DNA from: an uncultured virus (IMG/VR IMGVR_UViG_3300030098_001091) | Lineage: Duplodnaviria > Heunggongvirae > Uroviricota > Caudoviricetes | Virus record (IMG/VR): IMGVR_UViG_3300030098_001091 | DNA length: 64,000 nucleotides | Strand: one strand, 5' to 3' | Part shown: positions 43,949 to 56,125 of the stretch, in pieces | Position numbering within the stretch: position 1 is the first letter of the stretch | Layout of the letters: each line of letters starts with the position of its first letter | The notes under the pieces: model-generated | The model's database searches: none | What the model was told of the DNA's origin: nothing | What the model saw: only the letters and a program-made list of their open reading frames with translations | Position numbers and translations under genes: made by a program

Positions 43949-46900
43949 TCAGTACTGGGCAGTATTGCCTGCTCTTCTTTGTTTAGTCCAGTCAAGACCA
44001 ACGGTTCCAATAGCTAATCCCTGCTCCTGTGGGGAGGCCGAGGTGCCTGCTTCTCTCATGAGTCTAATTTCTACAGCAGCATCGCTGGCTGGTTTACCAG
44101 AATCAGGGGTAACATACTGGGGATAATAAAATACCACCACATCAACTAGATTATAAGGTTCTAGTTCAGCACTTGGGGTGTACATAGCTTCGTGTCTCTG
44201 CGGTATGGGTGGGGTAAGAAAGAACTGAAATTCCCCAATCTCAGAAAATCCCGGATAATCACCACTGGTAGCTAATCTATGAATAGCATTAACCAGAAGA
44301 CGGCCATGATCTAGTTTTAAAGCTTTAGCAAAAGCTGTGGGATTATCTCTTCTAAATCGACTGTAATCAATGATAACACTACGCAAAGCTTGTCTGAAAT
44401 TAGATTCAAATAGTCCAGCGTCTTGCTTGCTAGCAGCATGAAGTCTTCCAAATAAGCTTCCTCTTTTACTTAAATCTATAGTCTTTGTAATAGCGTTATC
44501 AGCATCAGATACCTTAGTTGAAACAGGATCACCAATGGTGGTTATATGGCCCTGTCTCTGAAGTGTGGTAAATTGGTCTTTATGATTAAAGGGAGTATCC
44601 TGTCCTACAAACGAATCCGGGTTTCTATCAAAAGCATCCTGTAACCCATTCCTATCAGGAATTAATCGCAGCCTGTTATCATCTCCCGGTAGAGATACAG
44701 CACCACTACCCTTAATGCTTGTTACGTTCATTCCTCTTAGTACAAGACTTGGCTCTATTGGTCCGTCTATAACAGTAGTTAAAACTTCTACCGCAGTCCT
44801 AGCCTCTGGGTGTTCACGCAGTAATCGAGTCATTCCTCTTATCACGCCTAATTCTAACCACTCCCAATCTTCGCTAGTCGTACTCCACATACTCTCTTCG
44901 TGCCCGAAATCTCCGATCTCCCATTCCAAGGGGTTACCTTTTTTCTCTTTGGGAAGATCAATATTATTCTCATCAATCCATTGTATCATACCCGGAGTAA
45001 TATATCCCGCTTTCCATAACGCTTGGAAATCCGCAAGACATTTTTCCTGCCTATCTTTTAACTGAGCTAGATCTGTAGCCCTATCGTAAAGCAATGGACT
45101 ACTATAATCTGACGGTTGATGAATTACAATCCCCATCTTACCAAGCTTATCAATAACGTCAATCCTTTTTTTATTCTCCTCAGCTTCCATTGAATCAATC
45201 CACGCACCTTCTCTTTGTAAATCTGATAACCCCGGCGTATCAGGTAGAGTCGATACGGATGTAAGAGCGTCTATCTGAAATCTAGTTATTTGATTAATAG
45301 GTTCTCCGCCGTTTAAAATAGTAGCTAACCCACTAAATATAGTTCTATGGGCATTTGAAAAACTTTGTAGGTGCGAAGCAAAATTTTGAATTGCTGTAGT
45401 CGGATCCTTTTTTAAACCCATAACAAAAGCATTGTAAGGCTCGTGTGAATTCATTAAGAATTTACTAGTAATAGCGAACGCGTCTGCTCTTTCTCTAGAG
45501 ATACCGTGCTGAGAAAGCATATGAAGTCTGCGATCAAAGCTACCCGGACCTTCGGTTGGATCAGTAAGATATCTCATAGTAGTCCACGCAACAAACATAG
45601 GCAGCAAGTCAGCTTCCTCTCCTCGTTCTACCTTATCCTGAATATACTGCGGATCTAAGTTTTGTAAGTTGCTTTGCATGTGTCCAATAAGCTGGCCTAA
45701 CATCCGATCTGGAACTACCTCCCCCTGCGCATTAACCCTAGGCGAATTACCAGAGAGTTCCATTAAGGTTAAGACACTAGCCAGATGCCGTTGAGGATGT
45801 GTTTGTAAGGCATCAAGAGGGGCTAGTGAAAAAGGAATCGCCGAAGAGGATGGCATAGGTGGAAGAAGGGTCCATTCATCTGCACCTTCGGGAAGAGAGA
45901 TACCCTCTGGATGTAGTGCGTGGAAATGTTTAGAGTATATATCTTGAGCATGTGACCTAGCCTCACCCCAGATTCGCATACCTTCTTCTGTCTCATATGC
46001 TTTATCGGTGCTGGTATTTCTGTCTAGGTTCCAAATAATTGAAACAAAATCTGTACCTTCCTTAGGATCAGCCGGGTCGGTTATTCCACGTCTTGTACTA
46101 TCTAGATTACGTCTCATTTCTCCCAAGTGTCTCTCTAAACTAGACGTACTTGTTCCATCATCGATTTGGTCCTTAAATGCATCGAACGCCGTATTCCACG
46201 TAGTTAAATAAGCGTGTTGCTCAGATAAGGTATATTGATCTGGATTAAATATTACCCCAAAGATAAAAGATTGTGCCTCTTGGAATGTCTTAAAGTTCTG
46301 TCCCTTTATAGAAAAATTCATAGATCGTCTCATGTTTTCTTCAAAGACATTAACATTAAGTTGACCTTGCCCGTAATTAGCGTCCGGATCTAACATTGCT
46401 GGCCCAGCTATAAGAGCATCCGATAAATCAGCTTCCCGTGTATTGCTCATCTCAGGTCCATATAATTGTGCTGACGCTGCTGACACTGCCGGAGAATCGA
46501 ATGACATAGGAGAAAGCCAAGGCCAATGGATCCCAGTAAAGATTGAGGTAGTGTTAGATAACTTCTTAACAGCTGATTGGAAGGCCTCTGTTATAACTTG
46601 TTCCTGATCACTATCGTTTATAGACCCTATGATCATATCTCCCATCGCCATAAAAGCTGAGGGAATAAGACCATGCTCTACTACTGAGCTTAGTCCTTCT
46701 TTTATTAATTCATTCCCCCGTCTCATTCCTCTTCCCATAGCACTATAAGCACCCTCGGTTACCACGTCATAATATATATCGTAAAGTTCTTGCCATTCTT
46801 CTTCTGGTAAGAAAGAATAAATAGCTTCTGCCCAATTAAAGTCAATATTTTCTGGGGTAATTGTAACAGTGGCAACCGGAACGTCAGATAAAGGTGCTCG

Positions 46901-48106
46901 ACGAGGAACGGCTGCTGGATCTGTTCCGTATTTTGCGGCCATTCTCCGATCAAATCTTTCGAATCCCTCATCTAACTTTCTAGGAACACTTGCAATTTTA
47001 TTTATAATCTTCCCTAATGTCGTGCTATTCCACCACTCTTCAAAGCCCTCAAAGGTTTTGGCCCAATTATAAACTACCTTATTAATATCTACAGCCTTGT
47101 CTCCAATTGTGTTAGGAGCCCCCGTTCTTTTTTCTAATCTCTCAGACAGTTCTGATGGTAGGGAAAACAAGGCGTTTGGAATATCAGAAGTAAACCCTCG
47201 CCAAAGCTTACCCATAGCATCACCAAGTTTGTCCATATAACCCGGAGGTTCCTTAGCAGGAATAATAATAGAAGTGTTAAGTATATGGTCAACACTTGCA
47301 TTTCCTTCTGGAGTAAACCATAAGAAGTGCTCATACACAGGACCGTTTAAAGTAGCTCCTACCCCCAATGTTCTAGGTAATGAGAGCCGTAATAATTTAT
47401 CTACTATCGGCCTTAATTCTTTTTGGGAAAGGGCACTAAGAGGTAGGTCATCCATTTCTTCGAGAACAGACCACGCGGTTCTTGGGAATAAGGTATCTTG
47501 GTATGTATCTAAGAAGTATAAACTTTCGGAAGTACCGTGGACTAGCCTTGAAAAATCAGACGGAAGACCGAACAACTCATGATCTAAGTTAGTAAGTTCT
47601 CCACCACCGTTAATATCAATAAGATTTCCGCCCAATGAAAAAGAATGACCCGGTACTTCTGCTCCAATATCAGTCATAAGCTGCGGTACAGATCTGATAT
47701 GAAAATCAGCTATGTCATGCAAATCTTGACCCCCTGCTACGGTAGGATAGTCTACTAAAGAAGAAGGATTAAGCTGAGCAGGCTTGGCTTTGTAATTATT
47801 ATCTCCATCAACATTAGATTCAAAAGTACTAAGAGAAGAAGGAACTGGGGTGGCAAATAACTGTTCCTTGAAAAACTCAATAGGATACCCTTCCCGTGTA
47901 ATTTCCTCAGGATCTGACCAAATACCATTAGGATACCACCTTTCAATGGACCCGTCTGGTCTAGATACCAGTGAATGCATCCAGTGTTTATTTGCTTGGT
48001 TATTTTTTTCAGCACGCGGGTTGTTGGGATCTATATATGCTTTTTCAGCAGTAGGTATTTCACTATACGGTTGGGTAAGAGAATCTAAATAGGATACAAA
48101 AGACAT
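43949..48106 (-). CDS. Large internal virion protein (1385 aa)
   Basis: Synteny within the ejected-protein cluster; no recognisable motif. Confidence 0.55.
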   Translation of the reverse strand: MSFVSYLDSLTQPYSEIPTAEKAYIDPNNPRAEKNNQANKHWMHSLVSRPDGSIERWYPNGIWSDPEEITREGYPIEFFKEQLFATPVPSSLSTFESNVDGDNNYKAKPAQLNPSSLVDYPTVAGGQDLHDIADFHIRSVPQLMTDIGAEVPGHSFSLGGNLIDINGGGELTNLDHELFGLPSDFSRLVHGTSESLYFLDTYQDTLFPRTAWSVLEEMDDLPLSALSQKELRPIVDKLLRLSLPRTLGVGATLNGPVYEHFLWFTPEGNASVDHILNTSIIIPAKEPPGYMDKLGDAMGKLWRGFTSDIPNALFSLPSELSERLEKRTGAPNTIGDKAVDINKVVYNWAKTFEGFEEWWNSTTLGKIINKIASVPRKLDEGFERFDRRMAAKYGTDPAAVPRRAPLSDVPVATVTITPENIDFNWAEAIYSFLPEEEWQELYDIYYDVVTEGAYSAMGRGMRRGNELIKEGLSSVVEHGLIPSAFMAMGDMIIGSINDSDQEQVITEAFQSAVKKLSNTTSIFTGIHWPWLSPMSFDSPAVSAASAQLYGPEMSNTREADLSDALIAGPAMLDPDANYGQGQLNVNVFEENMRRSMNFSIKGQNFKTFQEAQSFIFGVIFNPDQYTLSEQHAYLTTWNTAFDAFKDQIDDGTSTSSLERHLGEMRRNLDSTRRGITDPADPKEGTDFVSIIWNLDRNTSTDKAYETEEGMRIWGEARSHAQDIYSKHFHALHPEGISLPEGADEWTLLPPMPSSSAIPFSLAPLDALQTHPQRHLASVLTLMELSGNSPRVNAQGEVVPDRMLGQLIGHMQSNLQNLDPQYIQDKVERGEEADLLPMFVAWTTMRYLTDPTEGPGSFDRRLHMLSQHGISRERADAFAITSKFLMNSHEPYNAFVMGLKKDPTTAIQNFASHLQSFSNAHRTIFSGLATILNGGEPINQITRFQIDALTSVSTLPDTPGLSDLQREGAWIDSMEAEENKKRIDVIDKLGKMGIVIHQPSDYSSPLLYDRATDLAQLKDRQEKCLADFQALWKAGYITPGMIQWIDENNIDLPKEKKGNPLEWEIGDFGHEESMWSTTSEDWEWLELGVIRGMTRLLREHPEARTAVEVLTTVIDGPIEPSLVLRGMNVTSIKGSGAVSLPGDDNRLRLIPDRNGLQDAFDRNPDSFVGQDTPFNHKDQFTTLQRQGHITTIGDPVSTKVSDADNAITKTIDLSKRGSLFGRLHAASKQDAGLFESNFRQALRSVIIDYSRFRRDNPTAFAKALKLDHGRLLVNAIHRLATSGDYPGFSEIGEFQFFLTPPIPQRHEAMYTPSAELEPYNLVDVVVFYYPQYVTPDSGKPASDAAVEIRLMREAGTSASPQEQGLAIGTVGLDWTKQRRAGNTAQY

Positions 48107-48795
48107 CAGGCTAATCCCTCCTCATGGTAATATAGAGCAATCCATGGATTATTTCTTTTCTTCTTTAAACCAGAGGTTACTGGCCTTGTTTCTGCAAGCG
48201 ATGCTGGCGGACCTTCTAAAGAACGTGGTGGAATTTGCTGTGGTTTGACATTGATAACTGGAACCTCTGGAGTTGGTGTAGGTTCATGCGGTTCTGTAGA
48301 TTCACCCGGATCATCAAATGTTGAAATACCCTCGTCCGGGCTGGGTGGACCCATCACAGAGCTTTGAGGGGGAGAGTCCTCTTTCTTTCCCCCCTCTTCA
48401 CCACCAAAGAGATTTGGAAAAATACCCTCCTTAGCAAGCTCCTTTTGTAGTGCATCAAAATCTACATCCCCGTTTGGATCTTTAGGAATATTTATAATAA
48501 GACCATCCGGACCCCTATGATTATTAATTACGTCAGCAGCCGCTTTTCCTACTGCTATTTGCTGCCCTAATTTCATTTGCTTTAGCTTCATAGACACATC
48601 AACAATATTCTTAAAAGCAGTAGCAGTGGTTTTTACAGTGTTTCTCAGATCTTGATAATAATTTGCAATAGAGTTATCATACTCTGGGGCTCTCATCGAA
48701 ACACCACCCTCAATAAGAGGAGGCATAACTACATCTACTACCGGAGCCATTGGTGCGTTAATGGTAAACAAATCATTGCCCATCTGAGACATCAC
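48106..48795 (-). CDS. Probable internal virion protein (Pro-rich C-terminus)
   Basis: Operon packing and synteny. Confidence 0.5.
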   Translation of the reverse strand: MMSQMGNDLFTINAPMAPVVDVVMPPLIEGGVSMRAPEYDNSIANYYQDLRNTVKTTATAFKNIVDVSMKLKQMKLGQQIAVGKAAADVINNHRGPDGLIINIPKDPNGDVDFDALQKELAKEGIFPNLFGGEEGGKKEDSPPQSSVMGPPSPDEGISTFDDPGESTEPHEPTPTPEVPVINVKPQQIPPRSLEGPPASLAETRPVTSGLKKKRNNPWIALYYHEEGLA

Positions 48796-49798
48796 TTATT
48801 CTCCTGTGTGTTTTATCAAATACATCAATTAATAATTCTTTATAATCCCCTAAAAGTTCTTTATAGGATTGGTATTGATCACCTCTGGATTTTATTATAC
48901 TACCAATCATATTCAGTGTCAAGGCCCCTCCATCAGGAAACTGAGAATCTCTATCAATTAATGCGTTAGCAATAAATTCCTTAGGTGTAGAGGGATCTGC
49001 CGCCCTATTGTAATCTATATCTAGAGTTTGTTTTTCCTGTTTCCTTCGTCTCATTAGAGACATCTCATATCCGTTTAAAATGCTTTTCTTAGCTTGTGGA
49101 CGAATATAGACCCTATTCATTTTCAACTGTTCTATTCCAAGGTTACTTGAGGGTGGCATAGAAAATACGGGAGCATATCCTTCTGGCTGTGTTGAATCAG
49201 GTAACGATATCCTACCATTGACAACCTTAACTCTATCAGCGGTTCCCATATCTACAGTCAACATTAAATCATCCAAATGAGAATGATGAGATACATCTGT
49301 ATCTAAGTCTGAAAAATCTAATCCCGCAAAGATCTTTGTATGAACATCCACACTAGATCTTAATGCCCTATTAACATGTTTGCTATCAACCGCCTGCTGT
49401 AAAACCGGAACTCTATCTAGATATTCCCATGCATATGTCGGAAGTTGCCGGGCTCTATTTTTTAATAAAGTCTCTTGTTCCTCTAAACTCCGACCTTGTA
49501 AAACCTTATCTAAATTATCTAGATATTCTTTCCTAGCCCCCTCTTTTCCTAGGGGGTGTAATCTCTCTCGGATTTCGTGATACTCGCTTGGATTGGCAGC
49601 TTCAAACTCTTGGGTACCAACATTTCTTTCCCACAAACTAAACTTCTCGTGGGGTTCAAGCATATGGTTTCTGGCTTCCCATTCTTGTGATTTACTGACA
49701 AATGATTGAGAATATAAATCATCTGCTTGGGTGGAGGGATTAGCTTCCGGGAGCAGTCCTGCCATGTTTCTTAAATCCTCATAGTTTGCCATTATCAT
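48773..49798 (-). CDS. Probable internal virion protein
   Basis: Operon packing and synteny. Confidence 0.5.
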   Translation of the reverse strand: MIMANYEDLRNMAGLLPEANPSTQADDLYSQSFVSKSQEWEARNHMLEPHEKFSLWERNVGTQEFEAANPSEYHEIRERLHPLGKEGARKEYLDNLDKVLQGRSLEEQETLLKNRARQLPTYAWEYLDRVPVLQQAVDSKHVNRALRSSVDVHTKIFAGLDFSDLDTDVSHHSHLDDLMLTVDMGTADRVKVVNGRISLPDSTQPEGYAPVFSMPPSSNLGIEQLKMNRVYIRPQAKKSILNGYEMSLMRRRKQEKQTLDIDYNRAADPSTPKEFIANALIDRDSQFPDGGALTLNMIGSIIKSRGDQYQSYKELLGDYKELLIDVFDKTHRRISDVSDGQ

Positions 49799-50499
49799 TG
49801 CCCTCCTAAACCTTGAAGATATCCTTGAACCGCACCAAGCTGTCCTTCTAGAGCTGCTACCTGCTGCTCTCCTAAATGTTGCTGCATTCCGGCGGCAACA
49901 CCTGTCATAGCGCCTGATACTAAGCCGGAAATTAGAGCGTTCTGCATAATAGAAGAATCTGATTGCTGGTATAGTTGGCCGGGAATAAACTTCTCTTGAT
50001 CCCGATAGCCAAAATCTCTCTTGGCTAAGGTTTGTTGCATCTGTCTGTCTGCACTTACTAATGCGTTGGAGAACTGCACCTTTCGAGATGTCATTCCCCG
50101 ATTCGCGGTTTCTAAAGACTGTCTCAATAATGCTTGTGCGGTTCCGCTGTTTGGGTTTACATTTCTATTTAATAAAGAAGTCTGCAAGCTATCGTTTACC
50201 TTTTGGGACTGTCGTGAAAATTGTCCAGAGGCGTTATCAAAATTATACCGTAACCAAAATTCCTGCTCACCTTTAGCTTTTGCCGCAGCTTTGCCTATCT
50301 TAACATTCTGCATCCACTTTGCGGCATTCGCCTTAGCAATATTTCTATTTTTAATTTGGTTATTTAACTGTCGATTGTACTCTTGTTCTTCCCACTGTGC
50401 TCTTTGTATTGCATTTTGAGCTACCTGAGACTGTCCTCCTAAAATAGACGAGAAGAGCTGACTGCCGCCCATCATCAGTCCCATTGTTATTGGATCCAT
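49795..50499 (-). CDS. Internal virion protein (T7 gp14-like)
   Basis: MDPITMGLMMGGSQLFSSILGG N-terminus, Q/A-rich, Gly-rich hydrophobic C-terminal segment; AAGGAG SD. Confidence 0.65.
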   Translation of the reverse strand: MDPITMGLMMGGSQLFSSILGGQSQVAQNAIQRAQWEEQEYNRQLNNQIKNRNIAKANAAKWMQNVKIGKAAAKAKGEQEFWLRYNFDNASGQFSRQSQKVNDSLQTSLLNRNVNPNSGTAQALLRQSLETANRGMTSRKVQFSNALVSADRQMQQTLAKRDFGYRDQEKFIPGQLYQQSDSSIMQNALISGLVSGAMTGVAAGMQQHLGEQQVAALEGQLGAVQGYLQGLGGQ

Positions 50500-50510
50500 A
50501 AGAGTTCTCC

Positions 50511-52199
50511 TTACCAGTAACGGGGCGTAGACCGCCACTTATTATTGTTTAAATTTTGTCTCAAATCCCTAGGCATTCCTTTGTTTAAGGTCGCACCAGA
50601 AACCTGATCTTTCCATAGCCCCATACGTCTATCGTCGTGCATCCATGTTTTAACTAATGCTTCCCTTTCGTCCTGTTGGTTTTTAGCAATAATAACATCA
50701 ACATCTTTCGAGAGCATATCTTCCCAATGATGTACTGTAGCCGCCAGTACATCCACACGGTCATCCTTAGGCAACGCACCCTTCTTATCAAAGATTCTTG
50801 TAAGCTGCTTCTGGGTTTCTTCCTGACTAATAGCCTTCCGATCAAAGACTAGACGATGGGAAGACATAACAGGTTCTAAATACTCTATGATCCTAGCTTC
50901 CTTGCGGCCCATAACTCTGTAGTCTTCAATGGCCACTCGACCACATACTTCGGATACAACCGGAGCAAGTAACTGACAATACATAGCATCACCAAAGTTA
51001 CTTTCGACACAGATGTGGTTTACTCCGTACTCGTAAGCTAGCTTAGCAATCTTCTTAAGGATTGGTTTCTCATATCCTCCGGGGTATCCAATCAATTCAT
51101 GAATGAATATATAACCATTAGCGAACGACCCAACACAGACTGCTGTTTCGTCCTCACCTCTACCACTAGGGTCCACATACATAACTCGTTGTGTATAAGG
51201 GACATAGGTATCAGATATCCACATGGGTTCGTAGATCAAATCCCCAGATAGACCATATGTTGGGACACCCTTCATTGGTTTTGACTTAGCCCAGATTAGT
51301 TTCTCTGGACATACCTCGGGATTGACATCTATTACAATAAGATCAGATAAGCGAAGAGGATATTTCTCAAAGTCCGCGAGCGTGGTGTCGAGCTTATAGT
51401 GTAGTGCGAAAAGTTTTGGCCCAATCTTTGCCATCCTCTCAAGAAGAACTTCTTCTGGAAATCGTTCTGGTTGTGTAGGTTTGTTAGGTTCAATGTTAAG
51501 ACTCAAGATCCACTCATCTACATCTTCCGTTTCAGCAATGTCATTCTTATCTGGCATGACTGCTGGAAACTTTGTTACTTTATACCCCACCTTTAGGTGA
51601 TTATAGATTGAATCTTTAATCTGTGGAGTACCCAAGAAGATAACACGGCCACCTACGTTCCTGATCTGTTCAAACTCAGCCACCTTATTAAGCAGTTTCT
51701 CTCTAGCGTTAGCTGTTTCACAGTTACCTTCGATCTCTACATCGTCAGCAATAACATAATCAGCATGAGAACCTGTGATCTGAGAAGAAATACCACGGGC
51801 AAAGCAAGACTTGTCCTGCCCAATCTTAGTCCTTGCTTCTACGTTGAATGCAAAGGCATTGTCCGTAGTATTATCCCCCGGACGCAGGTGTTCACAATAG
51901 GGAACAAGGTCCAGAATCTTCCTCGTCATGCTAATAAACTCTGCCGCCTTGTTACCAGTTGCAGACACAACCATGATGGTAGCATTAGCATCCCGCAGGA
52001 GGAACCATGAGGCCAGACAGGCCGTTATAACAGACTTTCCGAATCCCCGACCGGCCTGAAGTTGCATGTCTGTAGCGTAGTTCTGGAGCCTCTCAGCCAT
52101 AGCGTACTGAGCCGGTGTTGGTTCTCCCAAACCTAGGTGTTTAAAACAAGCCCAAAGATGGTTCCGAAAATCTTCGAGCATTTCTTGGGGTATCTTCAT
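50511..52199 (-). CDS. Terminase large subunit (T7 gp19-like)
   Basis: LQAGRGFGKS, QITGSHAD, DDVE, LGTPQ, VDPSGRGEDET, ESNFGD, DDRVDVLA. Confidence 0.95.
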   Translation of the reverse strand: MKIPQEMLEDFRNHLWACFKHLGLGEPTPAQYAMAERLQNYATDMQLQAGRGFGKSVITACLASWFLLRDANATIMVVSATGNKAAEFISMTRKILDLVPYCEHLRPGDNTTDNAFAFNVEARTKIGQDKSCFARGISSQITGSHADYVIADDVEIEGNCETANAREKLLNKVAEFEQIRNVGGRVIFLGTPQIKDSIYNHLKVGYKVTKFPAVMPDKNDIAETEDVDEWILSLNIEPNKPTQPERFPEEVLLERMAKIGPKLFALHYKLDTTLADFEKYPLRLSDLIVIDVNPEVCPEKLIWAKSKPMKGVPTYGLSGDLIYEPMWISDTYVPYTQRVMYVDPSGRGEDETAVCVGSFANGYIFIHELIGYPGGYEKPILKKIAKLAYEYGVNHICVESNFGDAMYCQLLAPVVSEVCGRVAIEDYRVMGRKEARIIEYLEPVMSSHRLVFDRKAISQEETQKQLTRIFDKKGALPKDDRVDVLAATVHHWEDMLSKDVDVIIAKNQQDEREALVKTWMHDDRRMGLWKDQVSGATLNKGMPRDLRQNLNNNKWRSTPRYW

Positions 52200-52300
52200 C
52201 AGTACTTCTTTACTTTCTTACCTGTCTTCTTGGCATACTTCTTGGCCGCAGCTTTACCCTTGGCAGTGTATGCAAACTTCTTCTTTCCTACCTTTGGCAT
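52199..52300 (-). CDS. Small lysine-rich basic protein (33 aa)
   Basis: Hand-translated MPKVGKKKFAYTAKGKAAAKKYAKKTGKKVKKY. AAGGAGG SD; its start and stop overlap both terminase genes. Confidence 0.65.
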   Translation of the reverse strand: MPKVGKKKFAYTAKGKAAAKKYAKKTGKKVKKY

Positions 52301-52518
52301 TACGAAGCCTCCTTCTTGAAGGGGATAGCATCCGTCATCTTCTGCTCAAGGAAGTCGAGAGAATCAGACGGGATGTCATCTAGTGATGCACGGTTATCGT
52401 TGATATAACCACGAATAATCTGATAAAGACCCGGAGTGCATTTACTCTCGTCATCTAAATCAGCTAATAGGCTGTCAGCCAGCCGGTCATTAAGTATGTT
52501 AATTTTATCTGTCATCAA
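52300..52518 (-). CDS. Terminase small subunit (T7 gp18-like)
   Basis: 72 aa, IIRGYINDN pattern, upstream of the large subunit. Confidence 0.65.
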   Translation of the reverse strand: MMTDKINILNDRLADSLLADLDDESKCTPGLYQIIRGYINDNRASLDDIPSDSLDFLEQKMTDAIPFKKEAS

Positions 52519-55500
52519 TAGAGTGCTCCATCAGTATCAATAGTGTCGGCCACAAGAAGGTTAATAACAATTGATGCATACCCTGTGGCAGCTAAAACTC
52601 CGATTGCCTCACCACTTGTTGTGGACAATGCAACCTCTAAGCTACCTGTACCCACCGAGCCATCCAGTCCATTACCTGCGTATCCAAGAACAGTAGCCCG
52701 AATTTTTGCTAAATTAATTTTCTCTGCTTCCGAGTAAGACACTGCTGTTGGAGTTACTTTAGCATCTGCCCATATAATTTTATCTGTCGAACTAAGGCCT
52801 AAATCGGTCTTAGATAGGGGGTAAACAGCGGAAGATAATAACATGTGATGATCGGTATAGCCAATAGTAGCTAGCGGAAACTCAACTATAACAGTTCTAA
52901 TATTATTTCCTCTATGTCTCACAGACAGTTCGGAGCCAGTTGATAGCCGCTGGTAAAATTCAACCTGAGGAGTCCATCCGGTATCCATTTCTTTGCCCCA
53001 AGACACACCCCCGACACCTGTGTTCGGATGTCCGGATGGGTAATAGAGGTTACCAAATGTTCGTACTCTCTGCTTTACATAGTTACCATCTGTTGCCTCA
53101 TGCCATATACCCACAACATCTCTTGCTACGTTATTACTAACAGTGACATTATCGCTGGTATTAAGGTAGTATATTCTATCACCCGAATTCTCACCCGTGT
53201 CGGATCTATATCCTGATATATTATTGCCCGTTATTAGAATGTTCTTAGAAGTGGTTGGGCCGTGAACTGCTATCGCAAAGTTTTTTGAAGTTGCGTCATA
53301 TCTATTCATAATGATATTATTATTGGATATTTGTGAGTTAATGATATGGACAGTTTGAATACCATAACGAGGGCCCGAGGTCATATCAACACCATTCTCA
53401 CCGTCTATTAAATTGCACACTACTCTGTTACTACTGACTATAGCTTCCGAAGCGTGGTGAACAGCAATACCTCTGTGACTCTTAGATATAGAGTTTCCTT
53501 CTACAGTAACACCATGTATTCCATTTGTATCATAACCTATGACCACAATACCCCAACTACCCGGACTTAAGATATTTCTTATTATATTGTTACTAACAAC
53601 GACACCATTAGATATTCCTGAGCCTCTCCCACTACCGCTCAACTGGCCTGATCTAACATAAATACCACGAACAGTTCTAGTAGTATCTATAATATTATTA
53701 GAAATAATAACACCAACTTCTTCATGTTCGGTAACATTATAATAATGAATAACTGCTGATGCCGGTGCATTATCTTCTTCCCCTACCGGGTATTCCGTAC
53801 CAGAGTGTTTAATAGTATTATTAGTAATAGTAGCAGTACCCCCAAGTCCGTAGATGCCAAAAGTTTCTCCACCAACTATAGTATTATCACTGACCTTGTA
53901 GTCATCACAGTACCAGAAGTTATGTCCCACGTAGTCAGTTTCCCCCGCATAGGTAGCATCGCCACTGTCAGCATCATACTTAGTTCTTTCCTTTATAAAC
54001 TCACTTTGATTATTTGTAAAGCGGATCCCATGATTCGGACCTCTGGAGTATGAAGTAGAAACACTAGAATCCATAGCACCATGGAATGGTACCCATATTT
54101 TATCAAAGGTGCAATTATCCACCACTACATTTTCACAGCCATTTCTAACGGCAACACCATAGGATGCTATGTTCCAATTAGCGAAGACATCTTGAATACC
54201 TTTAAAGGTACAGTTTGTAATCTTAATATTTTGACTGGCTTCAATACGCACAGCATATGTAGTAAACCCCTCGAATGTCACGTTGTCAACAATGACATCC
54301 TCATTATATCTGTTAATCGTTAGAGCAGTGGTGCCTTGATTTGCAGAAATACTAGATACATCTTTTAATATACCGTTTCTGATTTGTATTTTTTTTGTTG
54401 TGTTGATTAGCTCTAATCTTACATTAGAGGAAGTTGAATCAGTATAGGTATATCTCAATGGGTTTGCTAGCTCAAACTCTGCATCGTCAACATAAGCAAG
54501 CTTGTTCCATTCACCAAGATATCGGTTAGTATCTCCACCAGCCTCGGTATTATCGTCTTTATACCACATAATATCATCAGTCCAGATTCTAAGAGATCTA
54601 CTGGCCCATGTGGGCATACCAAGAGTCAAGAAATCAGAATCAGAACCTAAACCACTGTCGGTAAAATCAAGATCACCCTTTTTAAAAGCAGTATTAGTTC
54701 CAGTATATGTATGGGTAAAATCTATAGATCCACTTGCGGTTATGAATAAGGTATCAGAACTTGTCACATTGAATTCGATAGTAGATCCATTCAAATCTAG
54801 GTGATTGTTTTCTCTAACATTAATAGTAGAGGTAACTTTATATCTTCCATAGGGGAAGAACNNNNNNNNNNGGTAGCCGCAACTTCAGTATTTCCAAAGC
54901 TTGCACTTTGTACGTACCTGCCATCGCTGGTTGATTTGTTATAATAATTAGTAGTGAGGGTATTATCAACTTCGGTCTTGGAGTATATATCACCGAAATC
55001 ACTCGCGTCTAGAGTAATAGCTCCGGGTCCAGCAGTACCATTAATAGAGGTAATAGAGGCTGGTGAAGCCACCTCTTGCCAGTCATCAGCGTGTGCTCCA
55101 TAGTTCGTTTCGGATGTGTTTTTGGTAATGACAAAGCTTTTGGTCCCCGTAGAAACCGTCGCCCAGTCTCCTGCGTTGGTATTGGCAGAAGCTAAACCAG
55201 TTAAGTCTGATTCATTTGTAACATTTCCTAAGAAGTCAGCTGTTAGTGAGATTGTGTTTAGATAGCTGTTAGGAATCTTGCCATCCCCTCCCAAGAAAGG
55301 TACAGCATACGATCCACCGGCATTAAGTTGAGTTCGGCTATAGGTATTATCCTCAAGATATCCCTTAGTTACAGCATCAGACGCAGCTTGGGTTACTCCA
55401 ATATTATTAAGCCTCATCCCTTTAGCATCCCAATAGACACCAGACCCACTGTAGTCTTCCGCTGTAAGGAACTTGGTATCATCTACATACTTCTCATCAA

Positions 55501-56116
55501 TAAGACCCTTGGCATTGAGTGGGCAGACACCACCCGCAGTTCCAACCGAGGGATTCAGGGTACCGAAGTTATGCCAAAGAGCATAGTTCTCTTGTGCCAG
55601 TCTAAAGTTTTGGTCCGTAGCTACGTTTAAGGAGGCGGCAGTTAAACGAGAGCCGGGATTAAAGTTTATACTCTTTATCGCGGAGGGAGTTTTTCTTAAG
55701 ATATAAATCCTGTCAGAATCTTTAATATCTGGTAAGATATGTTCAGTAGTACCCCCACCAGTCAAGTCTTTTCTATTCCACTTCCATCCTGTAGCGGCTG
55801 AAAATGTGACTGTACCGGCGGCACCTACGGTATACATAAGACTTCCAGATGACGCTGCATTCGGAAGAGTCCAGATTTCCCACGCTTCTTCTGCTGTTAT
55901 CGGTCTAGCGTCATGATCGACAGTAGTAATATCCGTAAAATCAAACTGACGAATAAGGATGATTTCATCCTGAACCGTAGTAAGGTTTTCATAACCACCA
56001 GAAGGATCATCTCCCGGCATAAAAGTTGTACCAATATCTAATGTTCTAGAATCGGTAACATTCTCCCCCGTATAAGAGGCTATCAATGTTTCTCTAGTAT
56101 TGTTGTTTAGTGCCAT
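52515..56116 (-). CDS. Tail fibre/tailspike: T7 gp17-like N-terminal anchor plus parallel beta-helix (one gene split by the assembly gap at 54862-54871)
   Basis: N-terminal ILRKTP..FNPGSRLTAASLN..QNFRLAQE. Just after the Ns the other frame reads FFPYGRYKVTSTINV..LDLNGSTI straight into the 759-aa ORF, which is full of (I/V)xxNxI beta-helix repeats. Confidence 0.8.
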
Positions 56117-56125
56117 AGGTGCCTC

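Noticed and set aside
54794..54871. Apparent frameshift or two separate tail-fibre genes
   Set aside because: The break coincides with a 10-N assembly gap, and the beta-helix frame is open right up to the gap. It is an artefact, not programmed frameshifting or a pseudogene.
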